Part shown: in pieces, positions 8,885 to 19,222 of the stretch
Position numbering within the stretch: the stretch's first letter is position 1
Layout: each line of letters starts with the position of its first letter
From: a virus
DNA length: 64,000 nucleotides
IMG/VR virus record: IMGVR_UViG_3300029827_000001
Span: 1 to 64,000 of that record
Direction: 5' to 3' (one strand)
Translations under genes and position numbers: made by a program
The notes under the pieces: generated by a model
Databases searched by the model: none
What the model saw: the letters and a program-made list of their open reading frames with translations, nothing else
What the model was told of the DNA's origin: nothing

Positions 8885-9235
8885 CTATACCTCCGCTATT
8901 CGTTCAACTATCCTTCCTAGGAGTTTTGGGTAAGCTCCAGAATACTTTTGTGCTTCGGATGGATCTCGCTTAATAAATTTATAATAGTAATATAGCCACT
9001 GCTTCTCAGTAATTTTCTCTCTCATATCTTTATCATCTGAAACATCCTCACAATAAAACGCAGCATACTCGGATTCTCTAATTAGTTGCCTGACTTCTGA
9101 CCGATTACTAACATACTTACAATAGAGGTACGCATACTTTGATCCCTCAATCATTGACCAAACTTCAGGATCATCTTTCACATTACGACAATAATCGAAT
9201 GCCCACCTATCAATATAATCTTGCTCCAACCACAT
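8885..9235 (-). CDS. tandem-repeat protein (SxYAxxYC repeats)
   Basis: ~23-aa repeats, paralog of 8365..8883. Confidence 0.7.
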   Translation of the reverse strand: MWLEQDYIDRWAFDYCRNVKDDPEVWSMIEGSKYAYLYCKYVSNRSEVRQLIRESEYAAFYCEDVSDDKDMREKITEKQWLYYYYKFIKRDPSEAQKYSGAYPKLLGRIVERIAEV

Positions 9236-9294
9236 CCCCTCTCCTCTTTTTTAGTTTAAAAAAAAAACGAAAAAACCACAATCCCATAATCTAT

Positions 9295-9310
9295 TAATTA
9301 ATATATATAG
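9295..9310 (-). promoter_or_regulatory. putative early phage promoter CTATATATATTAATTA
   Basis: One of five copies, each just upstream of a leftward gene cluster. Confidence 0.7.
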
Positions 9311-9347
9311 AAAATCTGCTTAAATAGGAAGGTAATTTTTTGGAAGG

Positions 9348-9881
9348 TTATCCATTGACTGCTTTATCTATCCGAGAGGCAAGAGTATTCCACCATTTTA
9401 ACCATTCATCTTGCTTAGCACATTTATAATACAGAGGTGCAGCACAAATAATTCTAGGTCTCTTCTCAACCCCTATATCCCACCCAGCTCTAGTATTTTT
9501 ATCTCTATTTAATTTCTTTACAACATCATCTGCTTTCTTCTTACTCTCAACACTTGGATCCAAACGAAAACCAACATATGTAGGCCAATCAAGTACCATT
9601 TCTCCGGGAGGACCATGCCCTTCACAGGAAGATCTAGTTTCAATATTTTTTACCCTATTAAGATCATCTAGCCACTTATCTTTCAAATGTTTATCAACAT
9701 AATAATTTTTATAAGGTCTTTCCTCTGTTCCACCAGGAGCCCTACCAGGTCTCCACCCAGGATACTCCTTTCCATGTACTAATTCCCAAGCAAAAGTTGG
9801 AGCAGGTTTCTTTCCTGGTCGCTGACCCCTAATATAATGTTGATCTTGAAGATATTTTAAATATCTTTCAACTATTAACAT
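9348..9881 (-). CDS. hypothetical protein with TxSSCEGH motif, possibly virion-associated
   Basis: TRSSCEGHG, N-terminal VERYLKYLQD tag. Confidence 0.65.
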   Translation of the reverse strand: MLIVERYLKYLQDQHYIRGQRPGKKPAPTFAWELVHGKEYPGWRPGRAPGGTEERPYKNYYVDKHLKDKWLDDLNRVKNIETRSSCEGHGPPGEMVLDWPTYVGFRLDPSVESKKKADDVVKKLNRDKNTRAGWDIGVEKRPRIICAAPLYYKCAKQDEWLKWWNTLASRIDKAVNG

Positions 9882-9898
9882 CCTATCCTCTACCTTTC

Positions 9899-10417
9899 TT
9901 ATTTTAGTACAAACCTTCGCACCATCGCAATAACAATATCCTTATCCATAAAATCTCCTGGACAGGTTTTATCCTTGATATCTGAAACTTCATGGTGAAA
10001 TTTAATTCTATTGGGATTTAAAAGAAACATCTTTAGGAGAGGATTAATTAATCTAAAAGCAAGCACCTCATATAACCTTTTCTCAGGAACTTTAAAATCA
10101 TATGAACCTAGTAAAGCAATATGAATTGCTGAGTTATTAATGTTCGTAGTAATATCACTATAGTCACAAAGAGTCACAAAGGGTCTACAAGTTATAGGAA
10201 CATAATCTTCTTTTATCTTATCTATAACAAAATGATAATTCACATCACCATGCTTTTGCTCTAAAACTTGGTTAAATATACTTTTCATCTGATATTTAGA
10301 ATTATCAACCTTTGCATCAATTGCACCAGGATATTCATCAATCGTATGATGCAGGATAATCCACTTAACCTTTGTACGTCTCATTTTAAGTAGGGATGGT
10401 TTAAGTGGTATCCTCAT
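9899..10417 (-). CDS. N-acetylmuramoyl-L-alanine amidase (Amidase_2/PGRP fold)
   Basis: WIILHHT, YHFVI, IHIALLG, KFHHEV..KTCPG. Confidence 0.85.
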   Translation of the reverse strand: MRIPLKPSLLKMRRTKVKWIILHHTIDEYPGAIDAKVDNSKYQMKSIFNQVLEQKHGDVNYHFVIDKIKEDYVPITCRPFVTLCDYSDITTNINNSAIHIALLGSYDFKVPEKRLYEVLAFRLINPLLKMFLLNPNRIKFHHEVSDIKDKTCPGDFMDKDIVIAMVRRFVLK

Positions 10418-11376
10418 TATGTATCTCTTTCTCCTTGTGGATCAGCTTCCTCAGCAGGTTCTGCTACACCAGAAGGTTGTGAAGCTCCAGTTTGATCCTG
10501 TATTAATGCTCCATCCGAATTAATATTTCCAGTAGCCAAGTCGTTTATATCCTGAAATGCTTGCCTATTCAAACTTCCCCCGGCTCTAATATTAAAATCA
10601 TCTGCAGATTCTTGATTAATATTCGCATCTGAAAGCAGATTCATATCTTCAGTCGAGTCTAAATTAAGTTTAGCTCCAGATTTAATATCAATATTCTCCT
10701 CAGCATATAAAAGAAATGACTTAGAGGTTTTAATAACTATATCCTCTGCAAAATATGCTTGAAGTTTCTGTTCATCTATATCTATATGAAAGAAGTCACC
10801 CTTATAAGTTCTTATAAGGATCTTCTCCTTACCAGTCCTTTCATCAAAGAGTATAGTCGTCTGATTGCCGTCAATCGCATAGACCGAAGCGACGTCGCCA
10901 GAAGGGGGCGATTTAATTTGCCGCTTTTTTCCAGTGATCTCAACTCTCGCATCAAACGGGTCATCCGAGATAACGACACATCTTCCGTCGTGTGATTTGA
11001 AGATGACCCATTTGTGCTCATATTCTGATCCTTCACTTGATTCAGCCTGACATTCAGCTAAAACCTTTGCACTTTCAATATCTAGAGCAGCAAAATAATA
11101 TGGTCGATTTATGTTGCCCGCTTCAAAAAATACCCAAACCCATGACCCCTTCTTTGGTATATAACAAGTACCAGCATAATTCTGTGCTGGATCATCAACA
11201 ATATTTCTTCCACCAGTAGGATTATTAGCTGGGCGTGCCCAAAGTCCAGTATTATCCTGAATAAGTGGCATTATATCCGGAATCCAAACGAGAACTCGCC
11301 CAAACTTCTCAGGATCTCTATTATCTACAACTTTAGCTCTATACATCCCGAGCATAGGGGTTCCTACTTCAGCCAA
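10417..11376 (-). CDS. baseplate hub/spike protein (gp5/VgrG OB-fold)
   Basis: YRAKVVDNRDPEKFGRVLVWIP, IPKKGSWVWVFFEAGNINRPYY, C-terminal beta-repeats. Confidence 0.85.
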   Translation of the reverse strand: MAEVGTPMLGMYRAKVVDNRDPEKFGRVLVWIPDIMPLIQDNTGLWARPANNPTGGRNIVDDPAQNYAGTCYIPKKGSWVWVFFEAGNINRPYYFAALDIESAKVLAECQAESSEGSEYEHKWVIFKSHDGRCVVISDDPFDARVEITGKKRQIKSPPSGDVASVYAIDGNQTTILFDERTGKEKILIRTYKGDFFHIDIDEQKLQAYFAEDIVIKTSKSFLLYAEENIDIKSGAKLNLDSTEDMNLLSDANINQESADDFNIRAGGSLNRQAFQDINDLATGNINSDGALIQDQTGASQPSGVAEPAEEADPQGERDT

Positions 11377-11378
11377 TT

Positions 11379-12272
11379 CTATCTCCCTCTAAAAGCTATT
11401 TTTGCAATCTCTACTATACTACTAAAAGCCTCACTATTATAAGTATGAATAAAAGTAGGAACAATAGTTGAACCTGTCAATGTACTAACTGTTAATACTG
11501 AAATACATCTAGATAAATCCTCAACTGCAGGTATAAAATTTATTGTTAAATGTTTCAAAAGTTTAGCCATAAAAGTATGTTGGTTTATTCCTGGCATAAC
11601 TTTAAAGTCAGATAGTGATTTAATAAAACTTACTATATTCGAGAAGTCATATCTATCTAAATCATCGGTCATGTTTCGTGGATCAAACGTTGCAACAATC
11701 GAAGATCTTCTATATAAATCTTTCTTATTAGCACCAAAGAACGAAGACATAATATAGCAAGTTAGTAAAAACTTTAACTTTGGTATCTCGGTCGCATATG
11801 CTCCAACTAGGCCATACTCCTTCCCAAATAATCTAACAAAGACTGCAAGAAAATAATTTACAAAATTAGCAATATAAGCATCTCTAATTTTTACTTTCCC
11901 AGTTACTAGATCAGAAAACAGAACAGCATAAACGGTTGATGCGTAAATATTTCTAGGATCAACTCTAGACATATCGTCAGTACCAAAAGCTCTAAGATTA
12001 ATAATTTTCCCTTTAGTTTTCTTATTATAAGATGCAGGAAGGTTATACTCAGTAAAACTCACAACATGAATTTTTCTTAACTGGGCGGGGTCTGAGATAA
12101 TCGAAAAAATACCATCCTTTGTAAAATGATTAATTCTTCTCTCAATAAGTTTTAATGTAGCAGCTAGAGTTCGAGGACCATCCTCAATTGAGTTTGCTTT
12201 TACTGTGGATGCTGATATATCAAGAACATTTGGTACATCCCTCAAAAGAGAAAATTTTTCTTTAACAACCAT
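11379..12272 (-). CDS. hypothetical (probable virion) protein
   Basis: 297-aa ORF within structural cluster. Confidence 0.6.
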   Translation of the reverse strand: MVVKEKFSLLRDVPNVLDISASTVKANSIEDGPRTLAATLKLIERRINHFTKDGIFSIISDPAQLRKIHVVSFTEYNLPASYNKKTKGKIINLRAFGTDDMSRVDPRNIYASTVYAVLFSDLVTGKVKIRDAYIANFVNYFLAVFVRLFGKEYGLVGAYATEIPKLKFLLTCYIMSSFFGANKKDLYRRSSIVATFDPRNMTDDLDRYDFSNIVSFIKSLSDFKVMPGINQHTFMAKLLKHLTINFIPAVEDLSRCISVLTVSTLTGSTIVPTFIHTYNSEAFSSIVEIAKIAFRGR

Positions 12273-12275
12273 ATT

Positions 12276-12641
12276 TTACCTTCCAGCACGACTACGATAC
12301 ATTGATAGATATTTATATAATTTGCCTAGCTTCTCCTCCTGACGAGCAATTTTCTTTGCCATCTTTTCACGACACTTCTCGCGATTGTTTGCTTCCTCAC
12401 AATTCGCTACACTCCTTTTCATCTCACCAATTAATCGTCTCATGCCATTTATTTTAATCGAAACTTCACAGATCGACTTGTCTAAACCTTCTCGTCCCTC
12501 ACATGCTCGTTGAGCAGTATTAAGGAAATCTTCATACATCTTCATAGCGGCAGCAGAAAGCATAGCAGCTGTATATTTCGCAACTCGTTCAGTCAAACCT
12601 TCTTGGAGAAAAATTAAGTAACTTTCAATTAAGTCAGTCAT
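12276..12641 (-). CDS. hypothetical helical protein, possibly internal head protein
   Basis: N-terminal LIESYLIFLQE tag. Confidence 0.6.
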   Translation of the reverse strand: MTDLIESYLIFLQEGLTERVAKYTAAMLSAAAMKMYEDFLNTAQRACEGREGLDKSICEVSIKINGMRRLIGEMKRSVANCEEANNREKCREKMAKKIARQEEKLGKLYKYLSMYRSRAGR

Positions 12642-12653
12642 AATTATCCCAAC

Positions 12654-13046
12654 TCACCAGTTAGCAGTTTCTAGATCAGAAACATCTTTCTCTGAAAATT
12701 TATCTTTTATTATATCTACAATTGCTTGAAAAGTAGGTACTACAACTGTCTCAAGGTCAAAATCTTCAGCACAGAATACTCCGTTTACATACATTAACAC
12801 AGGAGCAAGAATAGCAGTTCCATACTCATCATAAGACATATAATCTGGTCTCATCTTGTATTTTGGTTCAAAATTCTTCTGATCTGAATTTCTCAAAAGA
12901 TAATATAAATGTTTCTCCAATGTCCATAAAGATGGAGAAGTGAAAGTAAAAAGGTCATTCTCCGTCACATACCTATCGGCAAAGAAATCAAGATCAATAG
13001 GTAATCTCTTATTATCTTTTGCTTCAATATCAACTAATTCAGGCAT
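12654..13046 (-). CDS. baseplate wedge protein (T4 gp53/LysM-like)
   Basis: YKMRPDYMSYDEYGT...LMYVNG. Confidence 0.65.
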   Translation of the reverse strand: MPELVDIEAKDNKRLPIDLDFFADRYVTENDLFTFTSPSLWTLEKHLYYLLRNSDQKNFEPKYKMRPDYMSYDEYGTAILAPVLMYVNGVFCAEDFDLETVVVPTFQAIVDIIKDKFSEKDVSDLETANW

Positions 13047-13651
13047 TATCTACTCACTCCAGCTGAAACATAATTGTCTCGTGACCACTGACAATTAGAG
13101 TTATTAATGGATAGAAGATAATTGATCCTTTCAGTATCTTCATCATCTAAATAGCTAGAAAGGTTATTAATAAACCAATTATAATCTCCTCTAATCAACT
13201 CAATTGGAATTGTCAAATACCCATTATGAAATTTCTCATGCATGCTCTTTAAGAGAACAGCATACCCTACTCGATTTGCGTAGTGAACTTCGATTGTCTC
13301 CAACGCAATATCATATGTAGAAAACTCTTGCTCTTTTTCAACTTTTCTATTAACCAATGCCTTTACTAACGTATATAGAGAAGGAATATGATGGTGAACA
13401 TCAATAGTTACTTCATCCATCTTTTCCTGAGTTATCATACAACAATTGACTTGTAAGATATCCTTAATATAAGCAGTCCATAAACGATACTCCAAACTAC
13501 GGCGAATTATTGCTTCAACATTTTTTATAAATCTTTTATGCTCAGCTTCAGTTTCAAAATTTCTAATTCTTAAAGATAACCTAAAAGGGTAATGGTCACT
13601 ATATAGCTCCAGTCCCTCAACGTTTGAGCAAATCTCTCTATTTTCCATCAT
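13046..13651 (-). CDS. HNH-like protein
   Basis: CCMIT...IDVHHH...SMHEKFHNG. Confidence 0.5.
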   Translation of the reverse strand: MMENREICSNVEGLELYSDHYPFRLSLRIRNFETEAEHKRFIKNVEAIIRRSLEYRLWTAYIKDILQVNCCMITQEKMDEVTIDVHHHIPSLYTLVKALVNRKVEKEQEFSTYDIALETIEVHYANRVGYAVLLKSMHEKFHNGYLTIPIELIRGDYNWFINNLSSYLDDEDTERINYLLSINNSNCQWSRDNYVSAGVSR

Positions 13652-13663
13652 TTTAAATACCTC

Positions 13664-15484
13664 TTATACAATATCTTCACCCGGCGGTCCTCCAATAATT
13701 ATTGCAGCAGTTATGGCAAATAAACCAATTGTTAAAAAAGCAGGTACAAGCCCAACATTTAATGCCATAGCTGTAAATGCAGTTATAGTGCCCACTCCAA
13801 AAACTGAAGTCATAATAGCTGCAAGTACCTTTTCTGCCTTTATCTGCTTCTGAACATCAGGAGTTCTAAATCTAGTAACAAAAAGCTTTAAGTTATTTCT
13901 AGTTTCAGACATCATATTCTCTTTTACCGAAGACTTAATCGCAATAATAGCAGAAACCGGTTCTACCAATTTACTAGGAAAATTAGGAAGAGAGTTAGAA
14001 ATTACTTTTTTAGATAGTTCATAACTCTTATTAAAATCGGGTATCATCCTTTTCGCAAAATTCTCAACTCTGCTAAAGTTTAACCTTGGAATTTTAGCCT
14101 TATTAAGCACTTCCATAATTTTCTTATCACTTTTGGATTTAACTGCGTTATCCAAATCAGATGAAATTTTCTTCAGAATATTAGGTGAGAACTTCTTAGC
14201 CAAAGAACCTATATCTTCAGTTAAAGGTTCTGCCTTGTATTCCAGAAGATACTTCTCTAACTTTGTTGCTGCCAAACACTCTCCAAATAACTTACTTGAT
14301 TTAGTAGATAACTTAAAGAATGGACTTGATGCTTTTCGAACATCTTCTAGACTCTCATAAACTTTTCCCTGCTCTAACGAGTTATATATAAATGCATATG
14401 GTACAGTGGAACAAAGACCACTAAATTCACGCATACAAAATATTGCTCTCTTATCAACATCATCAGAAATAACAAAAGAGTTCCAACCAAGTTTATAGAG
14501 TTTAGCAATACCTCCAGCCCTTCTGGTAAACTCATCATCAAGATCCATATAACTCAAACAAGTAAAAACTCTATCTCTATGGACAGAGGTATTAAAAATA
14601 ACATCTTGCCTTACATCTCCAGAAAGTGGTTTTCTTCCCAAGAATGGCAATCGACCAACAGTCTTGTACCATAATCCATAAAGACCCCTTACAGTCTTTC
14701 GGTAAACAGAGATACACTGTGCCATCATAAATCCAAGTTGTCTATCACTCATCATTAACTCAGATAATGTCGCATCAGATCTCACCGGAAACGAAATGAC
14801 TTTAACTCCAAGAATACTAGGTCCAAGACGAGTTTCAACCTTTACCCAAGTAGGTTCGGCCGTTACTGACCCTCCAAGATCAGTAGTTCTAATATCTACT
14901 TTAGACCTTTCTCTTCTATCCTTCGCAACCTCACGATCTCTCTCTTCTTTCTCCTTCTGACCTTTTAACTGGTCAAGCTCTTTCTGGGCCCTTTCTAATT
15001 CCCTACTAACATAATCTCTTTGCTTACCTGTATCATTTAATTCTTTACTAAGTTTACGTATCTCTTCTTTATCTTTTCTTTTTTCTGCTTCATCGAGTGC
15101 TCGTTTAATATCTCTCCACTTATTATCAATATCATCAAATTGCTTCTTAGTTCTCTCATAAGTTCTACTTAGATCATCAAACTTCCTCTTTAGTTCTTCA
15201 TACTCTTTCTCATACTTAGATCTAGACCAGCCTGAAGTATCAGAACCTTTCTTTCCTTGCTCTTCAACATAATCCTCAAGAAACATCAACCCCCTATCTT
15301 CCTTTAAACGGAGCTTCATACCAGTACTAAGTTCAATCGACTGCTTTCCATGAGCTTTCGAAGCTCTCATAATCGAATCAAACTCATATATTAAAATATA
15401 TCTCTCTAAAACTTTCGCAATACCAGGTAATGCAGCTGGAGAAACTGCAGAAGAACTTAACATTGGATAAACATAAATAGCCAT
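13664..15484 (-). CDS. large coiled-coil protein with C-terminal TM segments (probable virion protein)
   Basis: Charged coiled coil, LxE-type sites, hydrophobic C-terminus. Confidence 0.55.
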   Translation of the reverse strand: MAIYVYPMLSSSAVSPAALPGIAKVLERYILIYEFDSIMRASKAHGKQSIELSTGMKLRLKEDRGLMFLEDYVEEQGKKGSDTSGWSRSKYEKEYEELKRKFDDLSRTYERTKKQFDDIDNKWRDIKRALDEAEKRKDKEEIRKLSKELNDTGKQRDYVSRELERAQKELDQLKGQKEKEERDREVAKDRRERSKVDIRTTDLGGSVTAEPTWVKVETRLGPSILGVKVISFPVRSDATLSELMMSDRQLGFMMAQCISVYRKTVRGLYGLWYKTVGRLPFLGRKPLSGDVRQDVIFNTSVHRDRVFTCLSYMDLDDEFTRRAGGIAKLYKLGWNSFVISDDVDKRAIFCMREFSGLCSTVPYAFIYNSLEQGKVYESLEDVRKASSPFFKLSTKSSKLFGECLAATKLEKYLLEYKAEPLTEDIGSLAKKFSPNILKKISSDLDNAVKSKSDKKIMEVLNKAKIPRLNFSRVENFAKRMIPDFNKSYELSKKVISNSLPNFPSKLVEPVSAIIAIKSSVKENMMSETRNNLKLFVTRFRTPDVQKQIKAEKVLAAIMTSVFGVGTITAFTAMALNVGLVPAFLTIGLFAITAAIIIGGPPGEDIV

Positions 15485-15501
15485 TTGTATTTTACCTCCG
15501 A

Positions 15502-16422
15502 CTACATAAGAAAGACTGGGGATTTAGCTTCTTCTTTCTTCACTTCCTCTTTATATGGGAGCCTCATCTTTGTAGGATCTTTCTTACAATAATCCATATA
15601 AAGGCAATATTTACATTGATCAGAAGTTGCACCAACCGGATCTGGCACCTTATTCTCAGAAATTGAAGATTGTAAAAGGAGTGAGTTATCAAGGAAGGAC
15701 TTTGCTAAAGTATTATCTAGCGGAAGGTCAAAAGGAAAAATACGCTTAAAATTTCTCGGAACATAAACAAGGGTTATCGTATGTATATCATAATTGTACT
15801 CATTATTAAGAATATATGCATAGATTAACCCCTGGTTATAATCCCTAACCACGTAAGTATTTTTGAACTTCCTATCATCAATTGTCTTAATTTCAATTAA
15901 AAATTCCTCCCTAAGACCATCAACTCTCCCTTTAACTTTATATTTCTCACTTATTACTGTTTTCTCGACTTCTTGAAAGTCATAAAGACTTCCAATAAAC
16001 TCATGAACTGAGTCTCCAACATGATTGATTAGTGATAAATAAGCAAATCTATATTGCTCATTTACATCTATAGAATATCTCTTTCTAACATAGTAACTCT
16101 TTCTAATACAGACAACCAGTTCATTAACCGAGATATATGGCCGGTCATAACTTTGTAATCTCTTAAATTCATCAACTAATCTTGCACGCATAAGGGATTC
16201 AAACTTTTGTAAATCAAAACCCTTAGAACTTGGTACCCCCTTTAACCGAGGCACATCTGAATGAATCTCAACTGAGCATTCTTCAATTAATTTCTTAGTT
16301 TTTTGTTCAATGATTTGTCTACTTCTAATCTCAGCATTCTCTCTCGAACTAACCTCATCTTCAAGAAAATTTTCTAAATAATCAAGCAGCTTAGAATATT
16401 CATGATCTAGATAATTAGGCAT
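15502..16422 (-). CDS. Cas4-like/PD-(D/E)xK exonuclease
   Basis: C..KSYY, GDSVH, GRVDG, IEIKT, Q..YA, CKYCLYMDYC. Confidence 0.85.
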   Translation of the reverse strand: MPNYLDHEYSKLLDYLENFLEDEVSSRENAEIRSRQIIEQKTKKLIEECSVEIHSDVPRLKGVPSSKGFDLQKFESLMRARLVDEFKRLQSYDRPYISVNELVVCIRKSYYVRKRYSIDVNEQYRFAYLSLINHVGDSVHEFIGSLYDFQEVEKTVISEKYKVKGRVDGLREEFLIEIKTIDDRKFKNTYVVRDYNQGLIYAYILNNEYNYDIHTITLVYVPRNFKRIFPFDLPLDNTLAKSFLDNSLLLQSSISENKVPDPVGATSDQCKYCLYMDYCKKDPTKMRLPYKEEVKKEEAKSPVFLM

Positions 16423-16972
16423 CTTCCTGAATTAGCATCGCCTGCTCAACCAAAGAATCTCTGAGAATTTTATACGCATCTTCAATAATTCTACCTTCCC
16501 ACTCGTTCATCTTCTTATACTCAACTGACTCAGAGATAGTCTTTGCAATAAGCAAATTATCAAGAGCTAGACGACTAGCTTTCTCTCGGATTTTCTCCTT
16601 CACTAAAGATTCAATATCAACCTTTTCAGCTTGCTCGATGACTTGCCTTAACTCAGTTTTAATATCCTGACGTCCTTTGCTAGATACAACCAAATTCTCA
16701 CAATTTTTTCTAGCAACTTTTGCACTCTCTCTAGCCATCTTGGCAAGCGCTTTCGAATTGACTGCCTCTTTGATAGGCTGAGGATTATGATCGACCAGTT
16801 TGTATAACTCAATTAACACTGAAAGTAACGCACCTTTAATCGAGGTATACTCATCAACTAGTCCCTCACAACAAACTTCTCGCAGTTTGGCAACTGGTTT
16901 ACCAAAGAGGACGTAGTCAATCGCATAAAAGTTCTCAAGTACCCTAATTTTTGACTCTTTACTTAGTCTCAT
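16415..16972 (-). CDS. hypothetical protein
   Basis: Start ATG 16972 with GGAGG RBS. Confidence 0.65.
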   Translation of the reverse strand: MRLSKESKIRVLENFYAIDYVLFGKPVAKLREVCCEGLVDEYTSIKGALLSVLIELYKLVDHNPQPIKEAVNSKALAKMARESAKVARKNCENLVVSSKGRQDIKTELRQVIEQAEKVDIESLVKEKIREKASRLALDNLLIAKTISESVEYKKMNEWEGRIIEDAYKILRDSLVEQAMLIQEDA

Positions 16973-16988
16973 AATTTTTCCTCCTAAA

Positions 16989-17312
16989 TTAACTCTCACA
17001 AACTGGTTCCTTTGTCCTCACGTTATGAGGTTCATCTTCAATCAACTCCAACGAAACTTTCCTTGTATCACTACAGAAATGTGTATTCTTAATAGCCAAA
17101 GAAATAGTTTTCAATGCATCTATAGTTCTCCCTTTTCTACCAATTATTTTGCCAAAATCTTCTTTCATTACTCTTATTTGAACTATAATAGACTTAGTAG
17201 AAGTTACAATACTAATCTCAACATCTTCTGGATTATCAACTAGTCTTTTTGCTGTTTGTAATATAAACTCCTCAAGCATATCTTTCATTTCTTGAATAGT
17301 ATTATTTTGCAT
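16989..17312 (-). CDS. khpA: KH-domain RNA-binding protein (KhpA family)
   Basis: LVDNPEDV...EDFGKIIGRKGRTIDALKT (GxxG KH loop). Confidence 0.85.
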   Translation of the reverse strand: MQNNTIQEMKDMLEEFILQTAKRLVDNPEDVEISIVTSTKSIIVQIRVMKEDFGKIIGRKGRTIDALKTISLAIKNTHFCSDTRKVSLELIEDEPHNVRTKEPVCES

Positions 17313-17403
17313 TTAACTGCTCCCTCCCAGCATTAGAACGCAAAGGAACTATCAATTTAATTTTATTTTTGTTCTCGACTTCAGATGGCATTGGTCATTT
17401 CAA

Positions 17404-18657
17404 CTAGAAGACTTTTGGATTATATGTCTCAACTATATCCTTTTGAATTGCCTCTTTGACAGCAGTATCAAATGCCTGCTTAAAATCTCCATTCTCGCTA
17501 TACAACTGGGGAGCATCCTTTGTCCTAAATTTCTTGTCCGGTAGAGAAATAAGATAATTCCATGCGCCAGAATTTAGTCTCTTTGTCTCCTTCAAAAATT
17601 CGTAGTTGGTCCAAAAATTACTGAACCCCCTTACGAAATCACCTACAAGTTGAATTTCAACATTAGGTGGAAAGAGTTTATTTTTTACACATTTTGCACT
17701 TGCCTTTATCCCCTCAAATCCATAAGTTTCTGGTTTTAACACCTCCCTTACTTTCATTTCTAATAACTGAAATGCGTTAAACTTAAGAACATTCCCACCA
17801 GGCATATCTTTGTGAGAACTCATAAATTTCAAATCTCTTGGAGTCTGGTAGGGACCCATAGAAATAACATCTCTAAGTTGATTTACTGCAACCAGACAAA
17901 TATTATAACTGCCAATCTTCGATACATACTTAGGAATAAGAATAGAAAATAAACGAGCTTTATAACCAATAACAGAATTTGGATCTTCTGCTTCTCTCTC
18001 TTTTATACTAAGAGTATTGGCAATTGAATCCCATACAACAAACGAAGGAACACTAACAATTTTTTTCTGAAGTTTAAAAATACATAATCCTTCTATAAAT
18101 CTAAAAACTTTCTCAACCGTTATATCTACATAAGGTTTAATCATTGGGTACCTAACTCCAAGATTTGCTAACCTCACTGTTGTAGTTGCCTCTTCAGAAT
18201 CAAGATACGATGCTAGTAACTTTCCTCTATAAATTTTCTGAGCATTGCCCTGTGCCTGCATAGCAAGCATTGACTTCCCGCTTCCGGGTTGACCAACAAT
18301 AATATTTAATGAACCAACAGCAAAACCTCCACCTAAGATTGCATCAAGAATATCAAGTCCCGTTGGAATAACTTGTTTTGTTCCTCGATCTTCAGTAATC
18401 TCAACTTTCTGCTCAAGAAAGGTATTAAACTCCTTATAAAGTGTTACTGCTTCTTCTTCAATTGAACCTATAGCTGGTTCTTCTGTAGTAGGTACTGTAG
18501 ATACAACTGGCGGTTCAGGTGGAGTAGAAGGTATATCGGGGGCAACTTCACCATCAATTTTCACACTATCCATAACTTCTTTAAGATTAATCTGTTCAAC
18601 TTCTGGTTGTCTCTCAGAATTCTTATCTTCGATAGCATCACTTTTTTCTTCTTCCAT
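17404..18657 (-). CDS. recA: RecA/UvsX-like recombinase
   Basis: PTGLDILDAILGGG, GQPGSGKS, YLDSEE, VWDSIA, VNQLR, GGNVLKF, VKNK. Confidence 0.9.
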   Translation of the reverse strand: MEEEKSDAIEDKNSERQPEVEQINLKEVMDSVKIDGEVAPDIPSTPPEPPVVSTVPTTEEPAIGSIEEEAVTLYKEFNTFLEQKVEITEDRGTKQVIPTGLDILDAILGGGFAVGSLNIIVGQPGSGKSMLAMQAQGNAQKIYRGKLLASYLDSEEATTTVRLANLGVRYPMIKPYVDITVEKVFRFIEGLCIFKLQKKIVSVPSFVVWDSIANTLSIKEREAEDPNSVIGYKARLFSILIPKYVSKIGSYNICLVAVNQLRDVISMGPYQTPRDLKFMSSHKDMPGGNVLKFNAFQLLEMKVREVLKPETYGFEGIKASAKCVKNKLFPPNVEIQLVGDFVRGFSNFWTNYEFLKETKRLNSGAWNYLISLPDKKFRTKDAPQLYSENGDFKQAFDTAVKEAIQKDIVETYNPKVF

Positions 18658-18680
18658 CTATCCCTCCGACTTTTAATTTA

Positions 18681-19061
18681 TTACTGATCCGAAGAAATTC
18701 TGTCCTTCTCTCTTTGAGCTTTCTCGACTCTTTCAGCAAGTCGAGATATATCTAACAGACCTTCAAGGTCATCAATAGGTCCAGATATTCTTCTTCTTAT
18801 ATCCATCTCATCCTTTAAGCTCCTAGAAATTTCTTTCCTTATATCAAGCAAACTGTTGAAAAATGCAGTCGCTGTTTTGACTTTCTCTTCAAAAAGGTAC
18901 CTATATCGACTATCAATTTTGTCTGGAAAAATCTTAGCTACTTCATCCTTTATACCTTCAATACTACTTAACATTTCTTTCAAAGCTTCACGATTCTCAC
19001 GATACTCCTCTAGGAGTTCAGCGATCAACGGATCAGCGTTTGGTGAACCACGTTCTGCCAT
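18681..19061 (-). CDS. hypothetical coiled-coil protein
   Basis: ORF in operon. Confidence 0.65.
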   Translation of the reverse strand: MAERGSPNADPLIAELLEEYRENREALKEMLSSIEGIKDEVAKIFPDKIDSRYRYLFEEKVKTATAFFNSLLDIRKEISRSLKDEMDIRRRISGPIDDLEGLLDISRLAERVEKAQREKDRISSDQ

Positions 19062-19222
19062 ACTTCAGGCCTCCAAGCATAGAAGATTTTCCTAGTCTCA
19101 TAAGATATAAGACCATTACATTTTTCACTACAAATATTTAGTAGAAGACAGTTAATACATGGACTAGGATTCTCCCTCTGAAATTCTTCTAGTCTCTTTT
19201 TGCACAAAATTTCCTTTTTCAT
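19025..19222 (-). CDS. small Cys-cluster protein (PCxxCx5Cx3C)
   Basis: SPCINCLLLNICSEKC. Confidence 0.6.
   Translation of the reverse strand: MKKEILCKKRLEEFQRENPSPCINCLLLNICSEKCNGLISYETRKIFYAWRPEVWQNVVHQTLIR

Noticed and set aside
15502-16422. CRISPR-Cas locus suggested by the Cas4-like gene
   Set aside because: No repeat-spacer array or other cas genes seen. Solo Cas4-like nucleases are common in phages.
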